A DNA stretch of 64,000 bases, taken from assembly GCA_043228905.1 (NCBI GenBank), contig JBHGNT010000001.1, positions 22,072,001 to 22,136,000 of the forward strand, written 5' to 3'. Positions 51,801-63,297 of the stretch are shown here, piece after piece. Under the pieces are notes generated by a model. It did not search any database and was not told the DNA's origin. It worked only from the letters and a program-made list of their open reading frames with translations. The DNA comes from Azolla caroliniana. Its lineage: Eukaryota; Plantae; Polypodiophyta. Numbering within the stretch: the first letter of the stretch is position 1; each line of letters begins with the position of its first letter. A program made the translations under genes and the position numbers.

Positions 51801-54122
51801 AGACCCCAAATCGGATTCGGATGAAGAGGGAATGGAGGGCCCAATTACCGAAGCCCAAAGATGGAGATATCCTCTCAAAGAGAGAAGGGCCCCCCAGAGA
51901 TTTCCGGATGCAGAGCATGTGCTGCTGATCGATGAGGGGGAGCTAGAAAGCTTCGAGGAAGCTAAAAGTGACGCCCACAGCTGCAAATGGCTAAGTGCCA
52001 TGCAGGATGAGATGGATTCCCTGCATGAGAACCATATGTACGAATTGGTGGAGTTGCCGAAAGGAAAGCGGGCACTCCGAAACAAGTGGGTGTACAAGTT
52101 GAAACCGGGAGATGCCGACAACCCCCCGAGATACAAAGCTAGGATCGTGGTGAAGGGGTTCCAGTAGAAGAAGGGTGTGGACTTCGACGAGATATTTGCC
52201 CCGGTAGTAAAGATGACCTCCATCCGGACGGTGCTGAGTATAGCGGCAAGCATGAACCTCGAGGTAGAGCAGCTAGATGTGAAGACGACATTCCTTCACG
52301 GTGACCTCGAAGAGGAGATCTACATGCAGCAACCGGAAGGATTCGTGGAGAAAGGGAAGGAGCACCTGGTATGCCGGTTGAAGAAGAGCCTGTACGGACT
52401 GAAGCAGGCACCCCAACAATGGTACCGGAAGTTCGACTCCTTCATGACCGATCAAGGGTACCACAAGACGCAGGCCGATCACTGCTTGTTTGTGAGGAAG
52501 TTCGAAGGAGGTGACTTCCTGATACTCCTTCTGTACGTGGACGACATTTTGATCGTCGGACGGAACCAAGCCAAAATACGGATGCTGAAGAAGGCTCTCA
52601 ACCGGACCTTCTCAATGAAAGACTTGGGTCCGGCAAGACAGATGCTGGGGATGCATATTATTCGGAAGCGGTCAATGAAGCAATTGTGGCTGTCACAGGA
52701 GAAGTACGTGACAAAGGTGCTTCAGCGGTTCAACATGTCAGATGCGAAACTGGTCACATCGACACTTTCGGCAAACTGCAGATTATCCGGTAAGCAAAGC
52801 TCGAAGACGAAAGTAGAGAAGGTGGATATGATGAAGGTTCCATATGCCTCTGCCGTCGGGAGCTTGATGTACGCAATAGTGTGTACCCGACCGGATATAG
52901 GATATGCAGTCGGAGTGGTGAGCCGGTTTATGAGCAATCCCGGCAAAGAGCACTGGAATGCGGTCAAATGGATACTCCGGTACTTGAAGGGCACTTCAAA
53001 CATGTGTCTCCGATTCAGCTTCGGTAAACTTCAACTTGACGGTTTTACCGACTCGGACATGTCGGCTGATGTGGATACCAGCCGGTCTACCTCCGGGTAC
53101 GTAATGACATATGCAGGGGGAGCTGTTTCGTCGCAGTCGAGGCTGCAGAAGACGGTTGCGTTGTCAACCACGGAGGCGGAGTACATGGCGGTTGTGGAAG
53201 CCGGCAAGGAAATATTATGGATGAAGGACTTCATCGGAGAGCTCGTTATCAGGCAAGATGAATACCGGCTCTACTGCGACAGTCAAAGTGCCATCCACCT
53301 TGCTAAGAATGCGGCCTACCATTCCCGTACGAAGCATATCCAGCGAAGGTATCACTAGATCCGGGAAAGAGTAGATGACCAAGAGTTCGCGCTGACGAAG
53401 ATCCACACGGTCGAGAACGGGTCAGATATGCTGACCAAAGTGCTGATACCCGACAAGCTGGATGCATGCCGGAAGCGGATCAGACTAGTAAGACACCCCA
53501 TGCCGGAGTGAAGGGGGAGTTTGTTGGGAGACAGGTCCCTCCGGATGGGAAGGGAGAAGAACAGTGCTGATGAGCAAACTCGGCCGAGGCCGATAGGTCG
53601 AGGCCGAAACCGGATGACGAGTACCTGACTACGGAGAGCTGGATGGTGCAGACCCGATGAGAACTGGATGAGGAGTACCCGGAAACGGAAGACCCGGTGA
53701 GAACCAGATGACGAGTACCCGGCAAGCGCCGGATGATGCAGGCCCGATGAGGAGTGCTCACCGGATGAAGAGACATATTTGTAAATATGTTTCTGAGAGT
53801 CCATCGTGGCTATATTTGTAAATAGCCGAAAAGTCATATTAGTATAAATATGACTTAGGGCAAACTTTTGAGTGAGAGGTGTTATTCTTGTTTGCGCAAG
53901 ATCAGAGCGCGTAACTGTGTACACAGAGAGAGAGAGAGAGGAAGAGGTCGTTGCCTCTGTTGTAACCGCCGCCTGTGGCGAAGATAGAAATCTCGAGGTT
54001 GTTGCCTCGGTGCTTTACTATTGTACACTATAACATAGTGATAGTTTGTAGCCTGTGGGCTGCTGTGGTTTTTTTCCCTAGTTTGGATTTTTCCACGTGG
54101 GTTTTTTTCCCTAGTTTGGGTT
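48826..54122 (+). mobile_element. Near full-length Ty1/copia element: 5' LTR 48826-49456, PBS 49459-49470, polyprotein 49486-53511, PPT, truncated 3' LTR 53522-54122
   Basis: TGGTATCAGAGC, CFYCGKSGHFQKNC, WVVDSGASFH, LVHTDVC, ADNGGEY, LLLYVDD, FTDSDM, AAGGGGGAG PPT. Only a few stops and frameshifts. Confidence 0.95.
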
Positions 54123-55626
54123 GTCCCCCATGCCCACGGGGCCTATCCGCCTCCGTGTACAACATCCGGCTGTCTGATTGAGTGGTTCTGGACCCACTCA
54201 CGTGGTTTTCTTCAACCATCAGCATCGATTGCAAATCGAAGAAGGTCGGTGGTTTCTCCCGGGTGCAGATCGTTGTCCGGTTTTTGCCACAATACCAGCA
54301 TTCCGTGGCGGATTTTTCTTGCCGGCCTTCGGCGCCGCCTTGACTCCCCCTGCTTGTGGAAGTACCGGAATTGCTATCGGCACATTCTTTGTGCCTTCTT
54401 TCCTGCTCTTGTCGGCCGCCTCCAGTGCGTGCCAACCCACCTCCCCCACGCCCACGGGGCCAATCCGCCTCTGTGTACAACATCCGGCTGTCCGATTGAG
54501 TGGTCCTAGACCCACTTCTGTGGTTTTCTTCGACCATCAGCATCGATTGCAAGTCGAAGAAGGTCGGTGGTTTTTCTCGGGTGTAGATTGCTGTCCGGTT
54601 TGGCTCATACCTTTGTGCTAGACCACCAAGGCAGATTTGTACCATTTTGTCCACCGTCACATGGATGGACCCTAGCGCATTGCAAATCTCCTTTATTTTG
54701 GTGGTGTAGTCCATAACTGACATGTCTCTTTGTCAGATGTTGTTCAGTTCTTGCCGGAGCTGCAACTTACGGGCTGTGGTACTTGCGGCGAAAATCTTAC
54801 GCAGATTTTCCTAGGCCTCCTTCGACGTCTTTGCATCCCTAATGTAGCTGAGCATCTGATCGTGCACACAAGACGCGAGGCAGTATAATACTCGGCTCGC
54901 TCCTTGCTCCCATACTGGGAAGTTCTTGTGTGCAGGCGTTGGTGCTACCTCATTTGTTCCTTCCACGAAAATCCAATACCCATGCCCCAGTAGATACTAG
55001 TGTATTTTGTATGACCAGGACGCGTAGTTGCTCCGGTCAAGCTTCTCTATAGGAAGTGAACTCGCCATACCTCTGTCCATATTTTCTCTTTGTCTACTGT
55101 TCTATTCTCACAACCTGTAGGGTTTGTCTTGCGAAAGCAAATGTCGGCTTCAGAGGTCTTCAACCCTCGCACTCTGATACCATGTTGAAACGTATGTGCG
55201 GAAGTGTAAGACAACAACTTGGTTGCGTAGCAGCACACACACAGAGAGAGAGAATAATACACAGAATACAGAGAGTACTCGGGAGAGACAGAGAGAGCAG
55301 AACAAGAATCTAAATTCAAAAATTATATCAACACTCTATACATACAGCGTGCTCAACCACACCATTTATACAAGTCCTCATGGGACTCACAGAAGTACCG
55401 CGTACTTCAATGCTCACTCGAGCGTCTGACACTAACTACGAGACTATTAACTACCTAGTAGTCTAGGCTACTACTAGGCTTCCAGTTACTATTTGTTCCG
55501 GCTGACCGGCTCCCCAGCTAACCAGCTCGCCGATCCGCCTCACGGATCTGGCTTCATCCTCCCGGATGCCGATCTGGCTCAAGCTTGTTCAGCTGATCCG
55601 GATCCAGTTGAGCTTGCCGCTCAACA
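54123..55626 (-). mobile_element. 5' part of a copia element: LTR 55183-55626, PBS 55172-55182, gag
   Basis: ctctgatacca|TGTTG, EKLDRSNYASW, RKLQLRQEL, FFDLQSMLMVEE. A gag segment is duplicated at the broken end. Confidence 0.88.
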
Positions 55627-55980
55627 CCAGTGCGTAGAGTGGGTGCGTAAAACAATACATATAACGTGGCCGTATCGGTGCGTAAACCGAAAGGCCGTTA
55701 GTATGGTATTCCTCGTAAGGAATAATTTTGGGAGTTAGTGTAGTAGGCTCATTTATGAGCAGTTAAGTACTGTTAGTACTTGTGTCGACCCGATAGTCAG
55801 GGCTTGTATAAAAGGTGCTCATTGAGCACGAAGTATGTATAGAGTGTTATTATTTTGAAATAGAATTGCGTTATCTGCTCTCTCTCTTTGTCTCTCCATC
55901 TCCATCTCTGCGTTTTCTTTGTTTTTACGAACTGTGTACTCTATGTTTCACATACGCTTCCACACATATATTCTTTTACA
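55627..55980 (+). mobile_element. 3' part of a copia LTR (family of 63298)
   Basis: Colinear with about 63345-63724 and ends TTTTACA. Confidence 0.8.
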
Positions 55981-55989
55981 ATGATGATA

Positions 55990-56277
55990 ACAGATGATAT
56001 ATTATGTGAAGAGTAAGTACAAAATAGCTATGCGGCTTAAAACTGGCGTTGAACCAATTTGGTTCGAAATAATGCCTTGTGCCTCTTTTTATAGTGTTCC
56101 CAGGAATAGTCTTGAAGCTTCTAGAATTTTCTAGAGAAATCCGGAATATACAATAATTTTCTATGGTAAAACTTAAATGAAAATAATATCCTACGTGTTA
56201 CAATAGATAATGTAATGGTCAAGAGCTCGACCCATATAACATAAGGTTATGGGTTCAAGTCTTGCCAAATCATGACA
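55990..56277 (-). mobile_element. Probable gypsy-type LTR remnant
   Basis: Same architecture as LTR 59494-59941 (tctagaat/ccggaat tracts, B-box-like motif, ..TGACA end). Confidence 0.45.
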
Positions 56278-57644
56278 GGCTCTAACCTCTAGGAAACTCT
56301 CTTGAACTGACTAATACAATTGCATCTAGTTGCTTGTTTAGGGATTTCTCTTTGACCTTGTAATGTACCTCCTTTTTTTAATAAAATCATGCCACAGGTT
56401 GCATTAGCAATGCAGAAGATTTTGTATGATGTTTAGAAGAACCCATCAATTGTAGAAGAAGGACATAACTTGGCAGACATTTGCAAAAGCAACTTTGACA
56501 TGTTGACAACCACCCGTCAATGAGATCCATAGTCTCCTAGAGCAAGGATGACTATACTTTTTGTCAAACTATAAAGTAAATGAAAGCATGGTGAATTTTC
56601 TTGTCTTTGACATTGCAAAAGATGCTAGAAATTTGTGATGGTTAAAAATGAACTTTGTTGTCGGCCAACATTGATGTCATGAATAATGCACAATGAATTG
56701 AGTTGATCACTTGCCTACACTTCACAAGATCTAAAAATAGTTGTTCATCCCAATTGCTAAGAATACCCTCATATTTATAGGTTTTTAGTTGCGTTATTCT
56801 TGCTTTTTTCTTTTCTTTTCATTCTACATATCCTCGAGTTTGTGTGATGCGTTTTTCATATCATTATTTCTAGTTTGTCATACAAGAAAGCTCTCTTTCT
56901 CATCTTTCTTACAAATCTTTTCTTTTGAAATTTGGATAAGAGATGAAGAAGTTATGAGTTTTTTTCTCTCCTTTGCTTTTTCTACCTTTTTCTTGCGTTT
57001 TTTTTCTTTTTTCCTACTTTTTCTACTTTCACCTGCAAAAGCAAATTGAAAAGCCGTATTGGTTACAAACAAAACATGCCTTTCCTCTAATATGGAAAAA
57101 GACTATTTGTGTGAGATCTGATTTTACAATTTAGATAATGTAAGGTTTCCATAAGCTTATAGATTCACATAGTTAAGTTGATGAAATTTTAAAATTCAGA
57201 ATATCTAAACATGACAGTCTATGGTACATTTATCGTCCTCTTTGCTTTGAGATCATGTACACTACAAGTTAGCTCTTGAAATTATGACTCACAAATTTTC
57301 ACTCATAATTTTTATGAAATAATCAAGATTGTTTCGTTTCACATTGTGTGCCATTGAAAGTGTTCTTAAAAATGTTGTTGTAAGTGATTTAAAACTTCTA
57401 TGTTCTTAAGAATGTTGTTTGTACATTGTCATGCTTCAAAGCATCCACTTTACCCTATATTGACTTATTTGAGTAAGAGATGATGCCAAAAACAATGGGA
57501 AGTAGACCTAGACAAATGCAAAAAACGATATATAGAGCTTCTAAAATCTAGATCTTGGAGGATACATGCTCGAAAAACTTCACATGGGATCCAATAGAAC
57601 CAGGATGGAAAACTCTGAAAGTTAATATTCAGTTTTTTCGCTAT

Positions 57645-58031
57645 TGTTGAGATACAAGCTCAATATTGGGTGCGTAAATCGGGTGCGTAACGAGAGGCCG
57701 TAGCGGTGCATAAACCGGGAGGCTATTGGATAGATATTCCGCGGAGGAATATATTTTGGGAGTTAGTGTAGGGGCTCATTGATGAGCATTGAAGTACAAG
57801 TCAATACTTTTGTCAGTTTGTATGGACTTGTATAAAAGTGCTCTCTGAGCACATCTTATGTATAGAGTTTTAGAGTATTGTTTTGAAATAGAGTTTTCTG
57901 CGTTCTGCTCTCTCTGTCTCTCCCACGTACACTGTGTTGATTAAGCTTTCCATTAAACCTTCCTTGTCTCTTGTCTTTTTTCTGTTGTTACTAGGTAGTG
58001 TCTGTTAAGCTTCCGCACGTATTCTTTTACA
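57645..58031 (+). mobile_element. Solo copia LTR, TSD GCTAT/GTTAT
   Basis: TGTTGAG...TTTACA, no PBS follows, near-identical 5-bp flanks. Confidence 0.85.
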
Positions 58032-58060
58032 GTTATTCATCTAAGCTTGGTCACAATATT

Positions 58061-59435
58061 TGTTGAGTAATAAGCTCAACATGGGCCGGATCGGCTAGGC
58101 CTGAATCGGTTGAAGAAACCGGAAGCCTAATCGGACAAAGACCGATCGGCTAGGCCAGATCGGCTGGGGGCTGATAGATTGTTATGGGCCTATATTCCTA
58201 TTTTAGTAAATAAGAATATTTGAGGTTGTTAATGTTAGGTGCTCGGTTTATGAGCATTAAAGTACTTGTCAATACTTGTGTCAGTCCTTTGCAGGACTTG
58301 TAAAAAAGGTGCTCAGTGAGCACATCATCATGTACAAAGTGTTTTGTAATAGAAGTTGTTTTGTTGTCTGCTCAAGTCTGTGTGTGTATATACCTAATTG
58401 TCTCGTGGTGTCCGATTGAGTCGACTATGTCTCTTGTGTACTAGCTTCTGCATACATGAATCTTTACATGGTATCAAAGAGAGAGGATTGAGAAGAATCC
58501 TTTGTAGCCGACTTAGCTTTCTGACATAGGTCAAATAACAGGTTTCTGAAAAGGAAACGATACGAACATGGACAAAGGAACGGGGTAGCTCCCTTTCGAC
58601 AGAAAAGATTGAAATGAGCAACTTTGCATCTTGGGCATACAAGATGCATCAATACCTGCTCGAACATGAGTATTGGAGCTATGTCAAAGGAGCTAACGAT
58701 GTAGCACCATATTCGACACCCAAAGATTTTCCAGCTTAGGAAAAGGCGGCAAGCAGAGTCTTGTACTGCTTAACATCCTATGTGAGCGATCCACTATTAA
58801 GCTATATCCAGGATGCCAAGACGCCAAAGGATGTTTGGGCGAACCTAAACAGGATATTCGCCTCAAGTACAACGGCTAGAAAGCTACAACTTAGACAAGA
58901 GTTGAGCAATATTTGACAAAGAAACATGTCGGTGGCCGATTACACCTCTAGGATCAAGGAGATCTGTGACTCTCTCGCCTCCATCAATGTAACAATTGAA
59001 GAAGATGAAATGGTGCAGTTTTGCCTAGGAGGTTTGGGGTAGAGGTTCAGATCATTCTGACCGGTGGTCTGCACGAGGGAGAATATGCCATCCTTCTTTG
59101 AGTTGCAATCCATGCTTCTCGTCGAAGAGAACCACACAGGTGCATAAATGAACATGTATGTTGACAACAAGATGTTGATGTGGCGGATCGATAGACAATG
59201 GAAGTGGCTGACAAGAGTAGAACTAAAGGCACAAAGGAAGTGCCAACAACGGTGGACCCTCCACAAGCAAGGGGAGGTAGGGTGGTGCCGGGAGCCGGCA
59301 TGGGAAAGCCACAGATTGTTGGTACTGTGGCCGGAAGGGCCACAAGGAGAGTGAGTGTTGGAAGAAGCGTGTTGATTCGGACAAAGGCGAATCAAGTAGA
59401 GCCGAGGCAGAAACACGACACCAATCGTAATATGT
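58061..59435 (+). mobile_element. 5' part of a copia element: LTR 58061-58468, PBS 58469-58479, degenerate gag
   Basis: TGGTATCAAAG, MDKGTGSSLSTEK..WAYKMHQYLL, RKLQLRQEL, CWYCGRKGH. Confidence 0.88.
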
Positions 59436-59493
59436 TGAAGTGTTGTTGGGTGGGGGGTGGAGTGTGAGGGGAAGAGGAGAGACACACACAATT

Positions 59494-59952
59494 TGTCATG
59501 GACACACAAAGCGCGGACTGGGACGGAGCACGAATGATGGGGCTAAGAGTGTGGAACTTAAGAAGCTGGGAACAATACAAGAACATGAAGACAGAGATAA
59601 AGATCAAGGAGACAAGATGGGGCGAAATGAGACTACTAGATTGATGTGTCAATGGCCGGTGTTGAATCACCTGAAAGGGATCAAGAAGGTTACAAGTATT
59701 TATACAAGTTCTAAGATTGAGTATCTCTATAATATACCTATCTAGAATACACCATAGAATATTTTTAGAATACATTAAAGGCTCTAGAATATTCCGGAAT
59801 GTATATATGCTAGAATATACAATACTCTATTATATACAAATACGTGGTTATATCTAGATGGTTGAGGATGATGTCTGGTAGACGTGAGGTTGCAGGTTCA
59901 ATCCTCACTAGCTACGTATTTGATGTCATTGTGTCGTGACATTATCCTGCCC
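59494..59952 (-). mobile_element. Gypsy 3' LTR (59494-59941) with PPT
   Basis: TGTCATG...CGTGACA termini. Adjacent GGGCAGGATAA resembles the PPTs at 5591 and 7232. Confidence 0.7.
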
Positions 59953-59991
59953 TTTACGGTCGCCTTTTCGAACGTGTGGTGTAGGGGTGGA

Positions 59992-60790
59992 CGGGAATTG
60001 GAGCACTGACGGGCGTGAGTAACCATATGTTGTCCTCACTGGAGATTGGAACACCGACGGACGTGAGTGACCATGTGCGGTCCTCACCGGAGAATGGAAG
60101 ACCGACGGGCGTGAGTGGCCATGTACGGTTCTCACCGCATATTAGAACCCTAACGGGGGTGAGCGACCATGTGTGGCCCTCACTGAAGACTAGAACACCT
60201 ACAAAAGTGAGAAACCGTGTGCGGTCCTCATCGAGAACATGAACGGGAGTGCGCGACCATGCGACCCTCATCGGGAACTTGAACATCAACGGGAGTGAGC
60301 GACCATGCGGTCCTCACCGGGAACTCTAACACAAATGGACGTGAGCTGGGTCCCTCACTGGGAACTTGAACACGAACAGACGTGAGGAACCATGCAGCCA
60401 TCACCGAGAACTCGAACATGAACGGGTATGAGCAACCAAGTGTGGCTCTCACTGGGAACTCGAACACGAATGGGTGTGAGCCGCCATGCGGTCCTCGCCG
60501 GGAATTAGAACACGAACGGGAGTGAGAGACCATTGGGTCCTCATCGGGAACTGGAACACGAACGGGAGTGAGCGACCATGTGGTCCTCACCGAGAACTGG
60601 AACACGAACGGGCATGAGCGACCGTGTATGGCCCTCATTGGGAATTGGAACATGAGTGACCATGTGCGGTCCTCATCGGAAACACGAATGGGCGTGAGCA
60701 ACCATGCGGTCCTGACTAGGAATTAGAACACGAACGGGAGTGAGCGACCATTGGGTCCTCATCGGGAACTGGAACACGAACAGGCGAAGG
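59992..60790. repeat. 46-48-bp minisatellite, about 17 diverged copies
   Basis: Consensus CACGAACGGGAGTGAGCGACCATGCGGTCCTCACCGGGAACTGGAA, with no unique spacers. Confidence 0.92.
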
Positions 60791-61049
60791 AGTGCAAGTG
60801 AAGCGGTCGACTCGACCTTTTCTATTATGAGAGGGTAAATAGTCGAGGTTGACCCAAAACACAACACAAACGATAGTGCTAGTGAGAAACCAATGCGATC
60901 CCCACCAGGAAAGTGAGCTGTTGTGGCCCCCACCGGAACTAGAAGGTGAGCGATCGAAATCGGGCCTCGTGAAAAGAAAGTGGCACGAGACTTGAAAAAT
61001 GAAATGGAGTGCCAACGTGCAATGATTCAATCCCCACGAAGAAAGTGTG

Positions 61050-63297
61050 TGGTTGTAACCCCCACAGAAACTAGGAAGGTTCGCAATATCAGTAAAGCCC
61101 TCAGACACCATTAAAGAGGAGTCCACCATTCAACTTCCAAAGAAGTATCATCATTATGCCGATGTGTTCGATAAAGTACAAGCCAATACGTTGTCGTAGT
61201 GTATTTCGTACACTACGTGAAAATAATATAAAATAACCGATTGAATAAATATGAAGAAAAAAGAAGAAGAAAATATCAAAATAAGCATTTCATGCATAGG
61301 GCAAGATTCGGACCTTGCACCTCCATGCTAATAATGTAATGTGTTACCATTGCACTAGCATTTCATTGGTGTTAAAAAGTAGATGTTCCACATAGAAAGG
61401 TTAGTTCACCTTGGATAAACTTTAGTTAAAAGAAAATGCATGCCAAAAGAAAAAACTACGCATGCACATCTAGCGTGCATGAATGCTATAGTTGATAAAA
61501 ATACGCACAAGTTAGAAAAAGCATGATCACTTTAGATAAAGCATATAGTCTATCTATAGGAAAAGCATGGAGTCTATAGTTAGAGAAGAAAAAGCATGGA
61601 TTGCTAAGACTCCCTCATCACTATATAAGGATGGGGAGCACAATGTAGTGTGTGTGGAATATTTGGAAATTGAATATATTTCCTAAAACACCAATTAATA
61701 TATATATATTCGTGGGATTCACGAATTTGTGATCAAAATTGTCTCTTACTATCTAAATATTGATTAAATACACTAAACTCATGGGATTCATGAGATTCAT
61801 AACTTACCTATCTTTCTAATAATCTATCCATAACTATAAACTTGTCTCAAATTCTTCCTCCTCCTAGTCCAAAACCTTAGTGGTTCCCACCCGACTCACG
61901 CAACGATGCGGAGCCGAAAGGCACGACAACGCTTCCTCACCATCGACCATATGATTGCCCCATCGATTTACAACCGGGGAAAGAGCCACCATGGGGACCG
62001 ATCTACAATTTGTCATCAACCGAGCTAGAAGTCCTGCAAGCCTATATAGAGGAGAATTTGGAAAATGGTTTCATTCGGCATTCGAAATCTCCAGCCGGCG
62101 CACCCATTTTCTTCGTCAAGAAAAAGGATGGATCTCAAGTCTTTTAGAATGGATCAATGGTGCAAGGTTCTTCACAAAAATCGACTTACGTGGAGCCTAT
62201 AACCTCGTACGGATCTGACCATGAGATGAATGGAAGACCGCGTTTTGCACCAGATATGGGCACTTCGAGTATACGGTAATGCCGTTTGGCCTCACTAATG
62301 CGCCAACAATCTTCCAGCACATGGCAAATGATATATTCTGAGATCTCTTGGATGTTTGTTTGATCATCTATTTGGATGATCTATTGGTTTATTCGAAGAC
62401 CCAAGAAGAGCATGATTCTCATGTACTGTTAGTACGAAAACAACTTCGAGGACATGGTCTTTATGCAAAGCTGAAAAAATGTAGTTTTGGGTGCAACCAG
62501 GTGGAATTTCTGGGCTATGTCATTTCCTCAGAAGGCATCTCCATGGACCAAGCTAAGGTCAAAATTGTGGTGGAGTGGCAAACTCCGCGTTCGGTGCGAG
62601 ATGTGCAATACTTTTTAGGCTTTGCCAATTTTTACCGGAAGTTCATACAGGATTACTATAAGCTCGTTCTACCTCTCACACAACTTACCAGGAAGGGACA
62701 ATCGTTTGTTTGTTCTGAAGAAGCGGACATGGGTTTCGAGAGTCTTAAAAAGACATTTACATCGGCTCCAATTCTAGCTCATGTCGATCTGGAAAAACTA
62801 TTCATTATTGAAGCAGACGCATCAGATTTCGCATTCGGGAGCATTCTGTAACAACGGGATAATGATGAGAAGCTACATCCTGTGGCTTTTCACTCACGCA
62901 AGTTTGACGCCGCCAAAATCAACTATGAAATTCATGATAAGGAGCTATTGGCAATAGTGGTCTCTTTTACGCAATGAATGCATTTTCTAGAGGGATCCTC
63001 TCATCAAGTCATCGTATTCAATGACCACAAAAACCTTGCCTACTTTCAGGACACTCGTGTGTTAAATCGACGTCAAGCTCGGTGGGCCCACTTCCTCACG
63101 CGTTTCGACTTCAAAATTACATATTGTCTAGGGAAGCACCAAGGGAAGGTAGATGCATTATCACGGCGTTCGTACCTAGCACCGCGTCTCGGCGAGCCAG
63201 CTTTTGATAACCAAAAGCAAGTAATCTTGGGACCGACACAACTGCAAGCAACATATGTCTTTGGCATGCCCATGGATTCCTACATTATCGATACTAT
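61050..63297 (+). mobile_element. Degenerate chromovirus-type pol (RT-RNase H)
   Basis: YADVFDK..ANT|[70 protein letters not shown]. Confidence 0.9.
61192..61928 (+). mobile_element. Solo LTR inserted in pol, apparent 4-bp TSD ACGT/ACGC
   Basis: TGTCGT...ACGACA termini, TATA near 61622. The pol frame AAT ACG CTT CCT is restored with a 4-bp duplication. Confidence 0.82.

Noticed and set aside
56300-57640. Possible decayed DNA transposase and Lys-rich ORF 56878-57072
   Set aside because: Low-complexity and stop-riddled, with no motif I can identify with confidence.
59841-59918. Genuine tRNA gene
   Set aside because: D and anticodon arms do not pair convincingly. It is reported only as a tRNA-like module.
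59992-60790. CRISPR-like array
   Set aside because: The whole 46-48-bp unit is repeated with no unique spacers, there are no cas genes, and the context is eukaryotic.
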